DNA of 64,000 nucleotides from Eledone cirrhosa (taxonomy: Eukaryota): contig OZ024740.1 of NCBI GenBank assembly GCA_964016885.1, positions 225,990,001 to 226,054,000 on the forward strand, in the 5' to 3' direction. Each line of letters begins with the position of its first letter. Positions within the stretch are counted from its first letter, which is position 1. Shown one piece after another: positions 52,681 through 64,000 of this stretch. The notes beneath the pieces are model-generated. The model saw nothing but the letters and a program-made list of their open reading frames with translations, did not search any database and was not told where the DNA came from. A program made the position numbers and the translations under genes.

Positions 52681-53691
52681 CTATATATATATATATAGTG
52701 AATTACAGAATATAGTGAATTGCATTAATTACAGATATTTTCAAAGGCTGCTAGAAATAAATAAGTAAATATACAAACAAATAAACACATTCAGAAATAG
52801 GAAAGCATCATGATTAATTGATAAAATGCTCGTGTGAAAAATATATAGATTTATCAAAGTTAGATGATGGTGTGATAAATTTTTTTTAAAAAATCAATGC
52901 ATTTCCTACAGTAAGTTATCTCCACTGACTGAGAGATAGATTTTACCACCTTTATTATATTTCAAAGTATAAACTTGTGAAAACAGATTAGGAAAGGAAA
53001 TTATATGGTGGAGACCAAATGATTTATTGTTTACTTGACTCAAGTAGATATAGCTTAGTTTAGAATAATCTCTCTCCTTTACTAAATATCTTTTCAAATA
53101 TATGTTTAAATAAATGTGACATCAGGGTCAATGGTGGTGTTAAATAAAAATTGTTAAAACACTGATTAAAAAAATAGGAATTTTAGAAAATTAGGGATAT
53201 GAGGTAGAACACTGTAATGTTTATCTACTGTTAGTCAATGAGGGAATGCAGTGCCCTTGACCTCCTTCAAGGTCTCCAGCATTGGTGTGATGGGGATGGT
53301 ATCTTCAAACTGGCCCAAATTCTCACAAAATTGACAAAATTGGCTCTGCTAAAATCACCCAAGAGCTAAGTGGTGGGACTCTACTGGGCAACCGATGAAG
53401 TCTACCACCCATGTAAGTCATAGTAGGACTTGATCTCAATAGTCGAAATAACTACTTCAAAGCAACTCATCAAACACTCTAAAAAATGTTGCCAAATATA
53501 CATCAAATATTCTCTGATCTGTGGTCTTCATACAATTAACACTTCATACATACATACACACTAATTTAATGTTTAAATGACGTTTATAATATTAATGATG
53601 ATTATGATTGTCTGTAGAAAATCTCAATGGACATTTGCCCAGATCATCAATAACTCAAATTAATAGATATATGTGTGTGTGCATATATATG

Positions 53692-53742
<51 letters not shown>

Positions 53743-53815
53743 AGAGAGAGAGAGAGAGAGGGGCGAGGAGATCGTTTTAGAAATACACAGTATTTTGTAC
53801 ATATATATAAAGTAC

Positions 53816-54700
53816 ATAATATTTAGGAAAAAGTACATACTTTAAGGTGGAAAAGTTCTTATTTTCCTTATGGTACTATTTCATAGTTCTTAAATTGAAG
53901 CATAAACTGATTACCATCTATCAGTTTTGATAAAGTTACAGAAGACACGAGACTAATCATCACAGGAATTATCTTGGGATAAGTTCCAGTAGAGTATGAA
54001 ATACCTTTATATCTGTTGGGATCCAAGAGTCAGCCCAAACCATGGTCTGAGAACGTTTTAACTGTGGTGGCAGATACAAATAGGAATGGATGTCATATCC
54101 TCTAGAAAGAGGTGTGAAATACTAATCACAGTGTAAAGAGCTCAACAAATTAAAGATTTGGAGCAAATATATACTTATTTAAGGTAACATAACATATATA
54201 ATATGTATGATGAACTTATTCAAAGACGATTCCTTTGATGATAAGTATTGCTTCTTCAATAGTTTTACCAATCATCGAAGGAATCGTCTTTGGATAAGTT
54301 CATCATGTATATTATGTTATGTTACCTTAAAAAAGTATATAACTGCTCCAAATTCTTAATTTGTGGAGCTGTTTATACTGTGACTCGTATTTCACACCTC
54401 TTTCTAGTGGATATGATGTCCAGTCCTATTTGTATCTGCTGCCACATTTAAAACGTTCTCACACCATGCTGTCTATGGTTTTAGCTAACTCTCAAATCTC
54501 GACAGATATAAAGGTATTTTATACCCTACTGGAAATTATTCTAAGGCAAGTTTCACTTTGTTTGTAGCTTTACCAAAATCGATAGTTGATAATCAATAAA
54601 CTTATATCGATTTTTACTTCTGCTTACAAGCTATAAAACGACACCATAAGGAAAATAGGGGTTTGTCCACCTTAAAGTGTGTACTTTTCCTGAATATTAT
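53816..54700. repeat. Long fold-back element (~430-bp imperfect arms, 28-nt loop)
   Basis: ataatatttaggaaaaagtacatactttaaggtgga ... tccaccttaaagtgtgtacttttcctgaatattat; central gacgattcctttgatgat / atcatcgaaggaatcgtc. Confidence 0.93.
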
Positions 54701-55154
54701 ATATATATATATAATGTATCTGAAGATATATTATATATATATATATATAATGTATCTAAAGATATATATATATAACAAAGAGGGTGTGATAAGATACCAG
54801 GTGGACCATAATGCACTAGAGTACTCAATACTTAGGGTAGTAGAGTATATATATATGAGACAGTAATAAAGATCTGAAAAAAGCATCTGCGTTTACATTT
54901 TATATGCATGTCACATGTATAGAACACAACAAGAACATTTTTTTTGCATCAAAAAGTATAGTTTTTGTACTTTTGTACTTGACCGGTGTCACTTAAAGCA
55001 TCTTTTCAGAAGTGTTTTCATGGTTAATTTAATAGTTTTCCATTTGTAATGTATATGTACACATATGTATTAAGTTTGATATATAAATCATCTGTGAATT
55101 TATAGATGCAAACATGCTTAACTCTTGAGATACATTATATATATATATATACAT

Positions 55155-55480
55155 GGAGGCACATGGCTTAGTGGTTAGAGCATTGGCATTGCAATCGAAA
55201 GGTTGTGAGTTCAATTCTCAGGTGATGTGTTGTTTCCTTGAGCAAGACACTTTATTTCACATTGCTCCAGTTTACTCAGCTGGGGTCCATATCATTCCAC
55301 TTCAAAGTGGTCATGGAGGTGCCACGGCAAAAAAGCACCCAGTACTCACTGTAAATGAGGTTGGTGTTAGGAAGGGCATCCAGCTGTAGAAATCAAGCCA
55401 GAATCAGTTCCCGTCCCACCCTTGCAAGCAGGGAGAAAGCGGACGTAAAATGAAATGAATGAAATTGAATGAATGAAATG
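55155..55480 (+). mobile_element. SINE family B (tRNA head with RTE-derived 3' tail)
   Basis: A box tggcttagtgg, B box gagttcaattc, core ccttgagcaagacactttatttcac; tail gtggtcatggaggtgccacggcaaaaaagcacccag...gttaggaagggcatccagctgtagaaatcaagccag shared with the LINE 3'UTR. Confidence 0.92.
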
Positions 55481-55484
55481 TGCA

Positions 55485-55515
<31 letters not shown>

Positions 55516-55864
55516 GTGTGTGTGTGTGTGCATGCATGTGTGTATGTGTATGTGTGTGTGTCTATGGGTGTGTGTGGGTGTGTATATATGTGTATGTATA
55601 TGTGCATATATATATATATGCATGCATATGTATATGTGTGTGGGTGAGTGCGTGCACGAGTGTGTATGACCTGGAATTATATATATGTATATATATATAT
55701 ATATATAACTAGGAATTGATCAACATATATATAAATAAATATAAACATGAAAAATCACAGATTAGAGCTTATTTTTCCGGGCGATATGGTGCATTCCGTT
55801 AAGGAATGACACCCATAATTTCGATTCTGATTGAATCCTTTTAATCTATCTTAATTTTGGATAT

Positions 55865-55924
<60 letters not shown>

Positions 55925-56523
55925 TTGATAGAAAATTAGCAAAAGTGTCTATTTTGCGGTTTGAATATGTGAAGAGATTATCAGACAAGCGTTACAGTAA
56001 ATAAGTTGACAAGTAGATAGACTGAGGGTTAAAGTTAAATTGTATTAAAGACAAGAACTTTTATATGTATGCTAATTGGTTTGTAAGTTCTGAAAGTTCT
56101 TGGTGAAACACGGAATTAGTTTAGATTTTATTGCAATAGAATTTAATATGTCTCTTGAGGTTAGCTCTATTGCTAGTATAATTGCCAGCATTAGATATTC
56201 TGTGAATGCAGCTGAGATAGTCTCCGTTATCTCTTCATTCCATACAATACACAGGAAAATCTCCTCCCAAATCAACTCTTTCCTTTTCTTTGATGAATAA
56301 GTGTAGAACCATCCTGTCCAGGATATAATCTCACACTTTCTTCTTGGTAATGTCCTTTTGAAGAATTCATCTTCATCAGTAGTGTAAAATGAATATCAAA
56401 GAAAATTTATCTTATAGCAGAGATATATATTTCACTGCTGGGGCTTTATAATATAATTTCATCTCAAGCAAGTGTGTTAACATTTGAACAAATATTAAGC
56501 TATTTTTACTCGATTTCTAAATC

Positions 56524-57590
56524 GTGCATAACATATTTGACGACATAGGGTGGCAACAGGCCACTTTACCTGTCAGGTATGGCGGCCTTGGCCTCCGGTC
56601 CCTGATCTCACTAGCTTTGCCGGCATATCTTTCGTTGGTAACCTCGTGCCGCATCCTCATCAGCAGGGTTCTTCAAAACACAACAGAACCCTCTGTGTTC
56701 AGAGGACATGAGGCCACCTGTGAGACATGGGACCGGCTGGGACTTATCCCAGTAGATGTCCCTCCTCCTTCTCCCCCTGTTGACATCAAGTCCCCCCAAC
56801 GCACTTAGGATGCCATCCAGTGCAGCCTGGCCTCAGACAGGCTCACGCGCCAGCTCGACCAGCACCACCTTGTTTGTTTTTGTGCGGCCTTCAAACCCCA
56901 CAGTGGTGCCTGGCTCCATGCCTTGCTCTCCTTCTCCACTGGCATGCAGCTAGATAACCATAGCCTGCGCATCAGCGTTTCACTGAGGCTCGGCCTCCAG
57001 ACCTGCAGCCACACCAATGTCGCTGCGGTTCCACCATGGACTCTTTCGGCCTCCACCCGCTTTCCTGTTGCCACTATGCCGGCTGCATTCCATGCCATGC
57101 TGCCCTCAATGAGGTCATTAAGCATGGCTTGGATGCTGCAGGCTGCCCTTTCCAGCTCGAGCTGGTGGGGATGGATCGAGGGCATGGCAAAAGGCCAGAT
57201 GGCATGACCATCTTCCCGTTCCGCGATGGCAAACCCCTCGTCTGGGATGCCACTTGCACCGACACTTTCTGCAGCTGCAATCTGGTGCAGTCTGTGACTG
57301 ACCCAGGTTCTTCTGCACGTTGAGCTGAGGGGGCCAAACTCCTCAAATACTGATTACTCTCCAACAGGTTTGCGGTCGTACCCTTGGCAGTGGAGACTTC
57401 TGGTGTCCTTGGCCCCAGGGCTACCACCTTACTCACCACCATAGGCACTGAGCTGGCCAGCCGCAAGTGTGAGCCCCGCGAGTTGGAATGGCTTTTCCAG
57501 CGCGTCCCCCTTGCCGTCCTCTGGGGAAACACGTTCTCCATTCTGTCCACCGGGGCTGTGGGTGGGCCTCATCGTGTACCGTTGTAGTTG
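56524..57590 (+). pseudogene. Decayed CRE-like non-LTR retrotransposon 3' region (RT thumb, zinc finger, restriction-like endonuclease)
   Basis: QATLPVRYGGLGL, SGAWLHAL, LRISVSLRLGL, CRCG..DSFGLHPLSC, HAALNEVI, KRPDG..WDATCTDT, PLAVETSG, LFQRVPLAVLWGN; frameshifts and in-frame TGA at 57321 and 57351. Confidence 0.85.
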
Positions 57591-57675
57591 TTGTAGAAGA
57601 AACAGGAAGACAACAACTGGAAAGTTTGATTTACCTTTGAGGATTGGATGTGTTTTATTGTGACACCAGCACTAC

Positions 57676-57718
<43 letters not shown>

Positions 57719-58002
57719 TATCTATATATATTTATATGTATTACTAAAGTATCTTTTATCAAGTGGTTTAAGAATATCCTTTCATAACATTTTCTTGAAA
57801 GTAGATAAATATGTTCTTACACCCTTTCAATCACCAAGGCCCCCAAACAAAACACTTTGCTAAACCCTTCTCCATAAATATAATCTTCTAGCATTTCTTT
57901 CTTGTCTGCCATAATTCAAATTGAATTTACAAATGCCAGAAACAGCAATGGGCACTGCATTTTCTTCTTCAACTAAGCAATAAAACTCTGTATGTGTGTT
58001 AT

Positions 58003-58118
58003 TATTCAAATCCCGCCAAGGTTAACTTAGCCTTTCATCCTTACGGGGTCGATAAAATAAAGTACCAGTAATGTACTGTATAATTGCTGACCTTGTGCCT
58101 AAAGTAGAAACAATTATT
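58003..58118 (+). mobile_element. 5'-truncated SINE family A copy
   Basis: ttcaaatcccgccaaggttaac...gtcgataaaataaagtaccag...agtagaaacaattatt. Confidence 0.9.
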
Positions 58119-61100
58119 TGTATAAGAATTTGTGTCAAAATAATGGCAGAAAATACCAAACACAGTCAAAGTCAGAAAATGAAATAAATTGAAAACTTTC
58201 CTCTGAGAGACTGTTAATATGGCTGTTGAGCAAAAACTATTATTTTACATTCAGCCTTAAACAAAATCTCTTGATAATGGTATATGTCTCATGCTGATAA
58301 ACTTTCTTTTGGTATTTGATTATATCAATGTGACTAACAGACAAGAGAAGTGAACACAGTAATTTATTTGTCTGTTATTTTATATTTTTATTATGTCATA
58401 TTTGTAATTTCAATTCAATTATGGTTATACATTAAATAAATTTAAGAAATATATTGAAAAATTAAAGAAAATAGTTTTGGGCTATTGATATCATCATCAT
58501 CATCATCATCATCATCCATTTTCCATGTAATATTGCAGCCACATAACTACGTCTTCCTCTACATGTTCTAGTTTTGGCATGCTCTCTATAGATTGATGCC
58601 CTTCCTAGCATCAACTACTTTACTGTGTATACTGGGTGTGATTTATCATAAAAACCAATGCTGAAGAGGTTGCTATGCCTGCTACAAGATTAAAGAGCTT
58701 TCTCCAATATTTATTATTTGTAAAGTAAATTAAAAAAAAAGGGTGAATAGAATGGAGCTTGATAACCAAGGAAACACTAGAAAAAAAGAGTAATGGGAAA
58801 CAGACAGTAATAGCAAATGATGCTTGTTGGTATAGCGATTAAATAAAAAAACAGCATTAGTGATAGTAAGATGAAAATGTGATGAATAGCAAGAAACAGA
58901 TGATGCTAACCACAGCTTATATTTGTTTATATCACCCTTTTACATCTATTTTCCATGCTGGCATGAGTTAGGTGGGTAGTCAGGTTCTGTGGCTAGACAG
59001 GTTTGATAACTGTCTCTCACTCATACATCTCATTCTGGCATGGTTTCTATGGCTGGATGTCCTCTCTAATGCTAAACACTTCATGGTATGTATCAGGTGT
59101 GTTTGATCATGATGATATTTTGAACAGGGGCTACCCATGCAGCCTCATGAAAGCTCCATGATCAACATAGGGTCTTAATTGAAGAAGCATTTTAAGACAA
59201 GGTACCCATTCTGGTGACTACCATTTTAGTCACGTCTTATGTCAGTGATATGGGGTACCTATTCAAAATTGGATATACACAGCAAATATTGGTGTGTACT
59301 ATATATATATATACTATATATACTGTATACACACACTTTGTTTTTTTTTATGCTTTATACATGCATATATGTAAGATTATGATACACCCTATACTACCCT
59401 GTCCAATCTCTGTCTGTTTACCTCTCAAACATAATTTGTATTTATAATTCTCTATAATCCACTTCACTCTTATTTTATGTATTTCATATAGTATGAAAAT
59501 ATCTTATCAAAAATTAAACAACTGTAGTATATGGAGAATAACAATTGGTTATTGAGGAATAAAAGATAAGTCATTTCTAAGTTAGCTGAAGGTACCATTA
59601 GAACAAATAATTTTGGTTGAAACTAAAAGTGTAAACTTCTTCACATCACTTCTCTCTTCCCCAGTAAGCTTTTGGCCATTAGAAGCATATTTGAACTCAG
59701 ATCAACTGTGAGTGGGGGTGCAGAGAGATGTTTAAAGAAAGGGTTAGAAATGAAAATAAGAATCACAGCAGAAACTTACGAAAGGTTTCATAGCCAGAAG
59801 ACCTTTCCAGTTAACCCCTACTCCCAAAATTTGATATAGCTTTCTGACAGTTCACCTCCTATGACATTTTACTGTTTAAAGCCTGCTGGCTCAATTTGGC
59901 TGACATACACTAAAGATTGACCTTCAACTTATTATTAATTGACAATGCCAATCAGAATAGAAAAATTAGCATCTTCAAAAAGACCTCTGCATTATTGCAT
60001 ATGTCATTATGTTGCTGCTGTATGAAATGTTTGTTGGCTTGGTTTGGCTTGAGATGATTTGGGTTGTTGTTAGTCGTAACCACCTAAGGAAGTTGATGGG
60101 TATGAGAAGAGAACTGGTTTGGGTAGAGGTTTCATTTCTCCCTTCAAGCTGTGTATGAAGACATTACAATAAGTTAGTGAAAACTGGACCGCAGCCTGCT
60201 CATTATATAACTATATAATTTTCCCATAACCCTTTCATTTAACTTCGTCAGCTTTCAGTTGTATATTCACACATTCTGCAACATACTCTGGCCATTGTTT
60301 TCATTCATTTAGTTACTTTGTTCACTTCATTCACCTACCACACCTCGTATGTGTCTATTTCTGCTTGCAGTCAGTAATAAATACTTCTCGTTCTCACTCA
60401 CATTCTACTTCATTCATTTCCTCTCCCTCTTGCACTCTCTTTCTTGATTCTTCCCTTTCTTTCTTTCATTCATCACTCTCTATCTCATTTTTCTTTCACA
60501 AATTTCCTTTCACTCTCAATCATTAACATCATCTCCATCTCTCTCTCACCCGAACTCTCCTTTTTCTTAAAATCTCTACACTTTCACATAAGAATCTATC
60601 AGTTTTCTCTCTTCTCATTACCTTTATTATTTTCTTCTGATTACTACTCACATATCTTTCTTGCTGTTCTCTTCTTTCAGTAATTCATTATGTAAAAATC
60701 TCTCTTTTTCTCATTCTTCCCTTCTCTCTATATTTCTATATTTCCATTCTCTTCTCCCTTTTTAGCAAACTTCCTTTCATTCCACCCCAACAATCAGTTT
60801 TCTTCCATCTAACTTACATATTATCTCATATTTTTCTTCACTTTCTCAAGTCATTCTCTACTTGCTGCTCTTTCTTCCTATTTTCACATCAAATTCTCCT
60901 CTTGTTCTCCCCCCTCTCTCCTTCTCTCTCTCTCTCTATATATATATATACACACGCACACACACTTTTCTTTATGCTGTCTCCATATACAATATACTGT
61001 CTTACTGTTTGCCTTGTAGTCTTCTCATTCATGCTTTGCTTACCTTTTCCTACTATTGTCCATCTTACCTACCACTCTCTACTCCCCTCATATTCTTCAC

Positions 61101-61609
61101 TGGCCAGCTCTCCACCATTTCTAACACCCCTCTTATATAACCCATCCATACACCCTCACCAGTCCACCTACACATTCCCTTTGCTTCACAACATCTTCTC
61201 TTCTGACTATATCTTTATCATATCGTAAATTTGTTTCACAGACACTCATATACTCCACCTCACTACCCTTTTCCATAATTTCTTACAAAGTGTCAATCTA
61301 ACTCACCACCACACCTCTCTCTCTCTCTTTCTCTCTCTCGCTTGCACACATACACATACACCCTGGTCAAAGTCTCTGGAATTGGCTTCTACTGAAGTGT
61401 TAACCATGTGATTTCTAGAATTAGTTACTCCCAACTGTTTAGACATTAAATTCCATGAGCAGGCGTTATGTCATTGAAACTGTCAAGGTTTTGTTATGGA
61501 AACTGAAGCAGTAGTAACAGAACAGTTTGTGAATTAATAGCTCAAACTCTTCCCCTATATACTCACACATATCTAAAGAATCCTGCAAAAATATATGCAT
61601 GGGCACTCA

Positions 61610-62740
61610 AATATATATGCATACAATCACAGACGTGTATACATATATATATATATGCATTCATACACAGACATATACACATATATATATATACATGCAT
61701 ACATACACAGACATATATACATACATATACATGCATACAATCACAGACATGTATACATATATATATATATATGCATTCATACACAGACATATACACATAT
61801 ATATATATACATGCAAACATACACAGACATATACATACATATGCATGCATACATACACAGACATGTATACATATATATATATATGCATTCATACGCAGAC
61901 ATATACACATATATATATACATGCATACATACACAGACATATATACATACATATACATGCATACATACACAGACATGTATACATATATATATATATATAT
62001 ATGCATTCATACACAGACATATACACATATATATATACATGCATACATACACAGACATATATACATACATATACATGCATACATACACAGACATGTATAC
62101 ATTCATATATATATGCATTCATACACAGACATATATACATACATATACATGCATACATACACAGACATGTATACATACATATGCATGCATACATACACAG
62201 ACATATATACATTCATATATATATATGCATTCATACACAGACATATACACATATATATATACATGCATACATACACAGACATATATACATATATATATAT
62301 ATGCATTCATACACAGACATGTATACATTCATATATATATATATGCATACATACACAGACATATATACATATATATACATGCATACATACACAGACATGT
62401 ATACATTCATATATATACATGCATACATACACAGACATATACACATATATATATACATGCATACATACACAGACATATATACATACATATACATGCATAC
62501 ATACACAAAACATGTATACATTCATATATATATATGCACACATACACAGACATATATACATACATATACATGCATACATACACAGAAACATATACATACA
62601 TATACATGCATACATACACAGACATGTATACATTCATATATATGCATACATACACAGACTTATATACATACATATACATGCATACATACACAGACATATA
62701 TACATACATATATATGCATACATACAGAAACATGCATACA
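61610..62740. repeat. Microsatellite-derived minisatellite (~35-40-bp variable unit)
   Basis: Recurrent atgcat[a/t]cata(c)acacagacat[a/g]tatac anchors separated by variable (TA)n. Confidence 0.93.
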
Positions 62741-63511
62741 TACATATACACAATGCATCACATGTACATATATACAAATTCATGCATACATATATACTAT
62801 GCATTACATGTATATATGTATATTCATTCATACACACATATATGCAATGCATTACATGTACAAATGTATATACATTCATACACACATATATGAAATTCAT
62901 TGCATGTACATACATATTCATATATACATGTGTACATACATATATACACCATAAACTCTCAAAGAATGTTTAATACATTGCAACATACATTACAAAGTCT
63001 ATCTGTGTAACCGTTATTACACTTCATAACGAAAAATATATGCCCCTTACATAAATTACATATGACTAGTTAGTAACTGAGTAAAATATATACACCCCTT
63101 GTATTTCATGATAGAAATGTTGCAAACATTCACACTTTGTGATTGAAAGGTTGCTAAAAGAAAACTGACTAAAAAATGCATACCATTCATATTTCATGGC
63201 AGACATTTTGAATAAAGGCAAACAATTGACAGCAAAATACACAACAGTCATATTTCATCTGTGAAAGATATGGCATTAAGAAAATATTATCATCAGCATT
63301 AACATCATCATCCAGAAGAAAACAAAGAAATGAATGTGCTTGAGAAAAGTAACAAAATAAAGAAGAAGAAAGCTAAAGGAGGATATAGTTCAATATTTTA
63401 TCACAGTAGGTATAGCACTTGTGACAAATACAATTCTATTATCATTCAATAGAATAGAAAATACCCATTCCAATGTAAGCCATGAAACTTCTAATTTCAA
63501 GCTGTTGTACG

Positions 63512-64000
63512 GATGTTATGCTGCCTTCATCTGTAGGTGCTTACAGATGTTATGCTGCCTTCATCTGTAGGTGCTTACAGATGTTATGCTGCCTACCTCT
63601 GTAGGTGCTTACAGATGTTATGCTGCCTTCATCTGTAGGTGCTTACAGATGTTATGCTGCCTTCATCTGTAGGTGCTTACAGATGTTATGCTGCCTACAT
63701 CTGTAGGTGCTTACAGATGTTATGCTGCCTACATCTGAAGGTGCTTACAGATGTTATGCTGCCTTCATCTGTAGGTGCTTACAGATGTTATGCTGCCTTC
63801 ATCTGTAGGTGCTTACAGATGTTATGCTACCTACATCTGTAGGTGCTTACAGATGTTATGCTGCCTACCTCTGAAGGTGCTTACAGATGTTATGCTGCCT
63901 TCATCTGTAGGTGCTTACAGATGTTATGCTGCCATCATCTGTAGGTGCTTACAGATGTTATGCTGCCTACATCTGTAGGTGCTTACAGATGTTATGCTGC
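63512..64000. repeat. 34-bp minisatellite, more than 14 copies, running off the window end
   Basis: Unit gatgttatgctgccttcatctgtaggtgcttaca; period 34 (63512 to 63546). Confidence 0.98.

Noticed and set aside
55155-55225. tRNA gene
   Set aside because: A and B boxes are present, but there is no complete cloverleaf and the sequence continues into a SINE body.
56072-56380. Minus-strand NYTSNRANLKRH zinc-finger-like peptide
   Set aside because: Flanking stops and incomplete ligand spacing; cannot be assigned.
61563-62973. 400-451-aa His/Tyr/Ile/Thr-rich ORFs
   Set aside because: Open in all three plus frames only because the TA/CA repeat lacks stop codons.

Overview
Eukaryotic, AT-rich, repeat-dominated DNA with no supportable host protein-coding gene. 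The SINE types, RTE LINEs and dense (TA)n/(CA)n microsatellites resemble an octopod cephalopod genome (inferred from memory, not searched). Main contents: (1) an apparently intact minus-strand RTE-clade LINE (1039-aa ORF: APE endonuclease, RT, PHD-like finger; 35840-38959) whose upstream 7 kb (39200-46260) is a three-level nested tandem monomer array; (2) a young 5'-truncated RTE-like LINE (12474-14159) with a 5' inversion and an 11-bp TSD, fitting twin priming; (3) a decayed CRE-like RLE retrotransposon (56524-57590); (4) two tRNA-headed SINE families, one sharing the LINE 3'UTR; (5) several long fold-back palindromes and a tandem repeat with a decayed hammerhead-like motif, possibly Penelope-like or retrozyme relics; (6) 41-bp and 34-bp minisatellites. 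Most ORFs in the supplied track are microsatellite artefacts.
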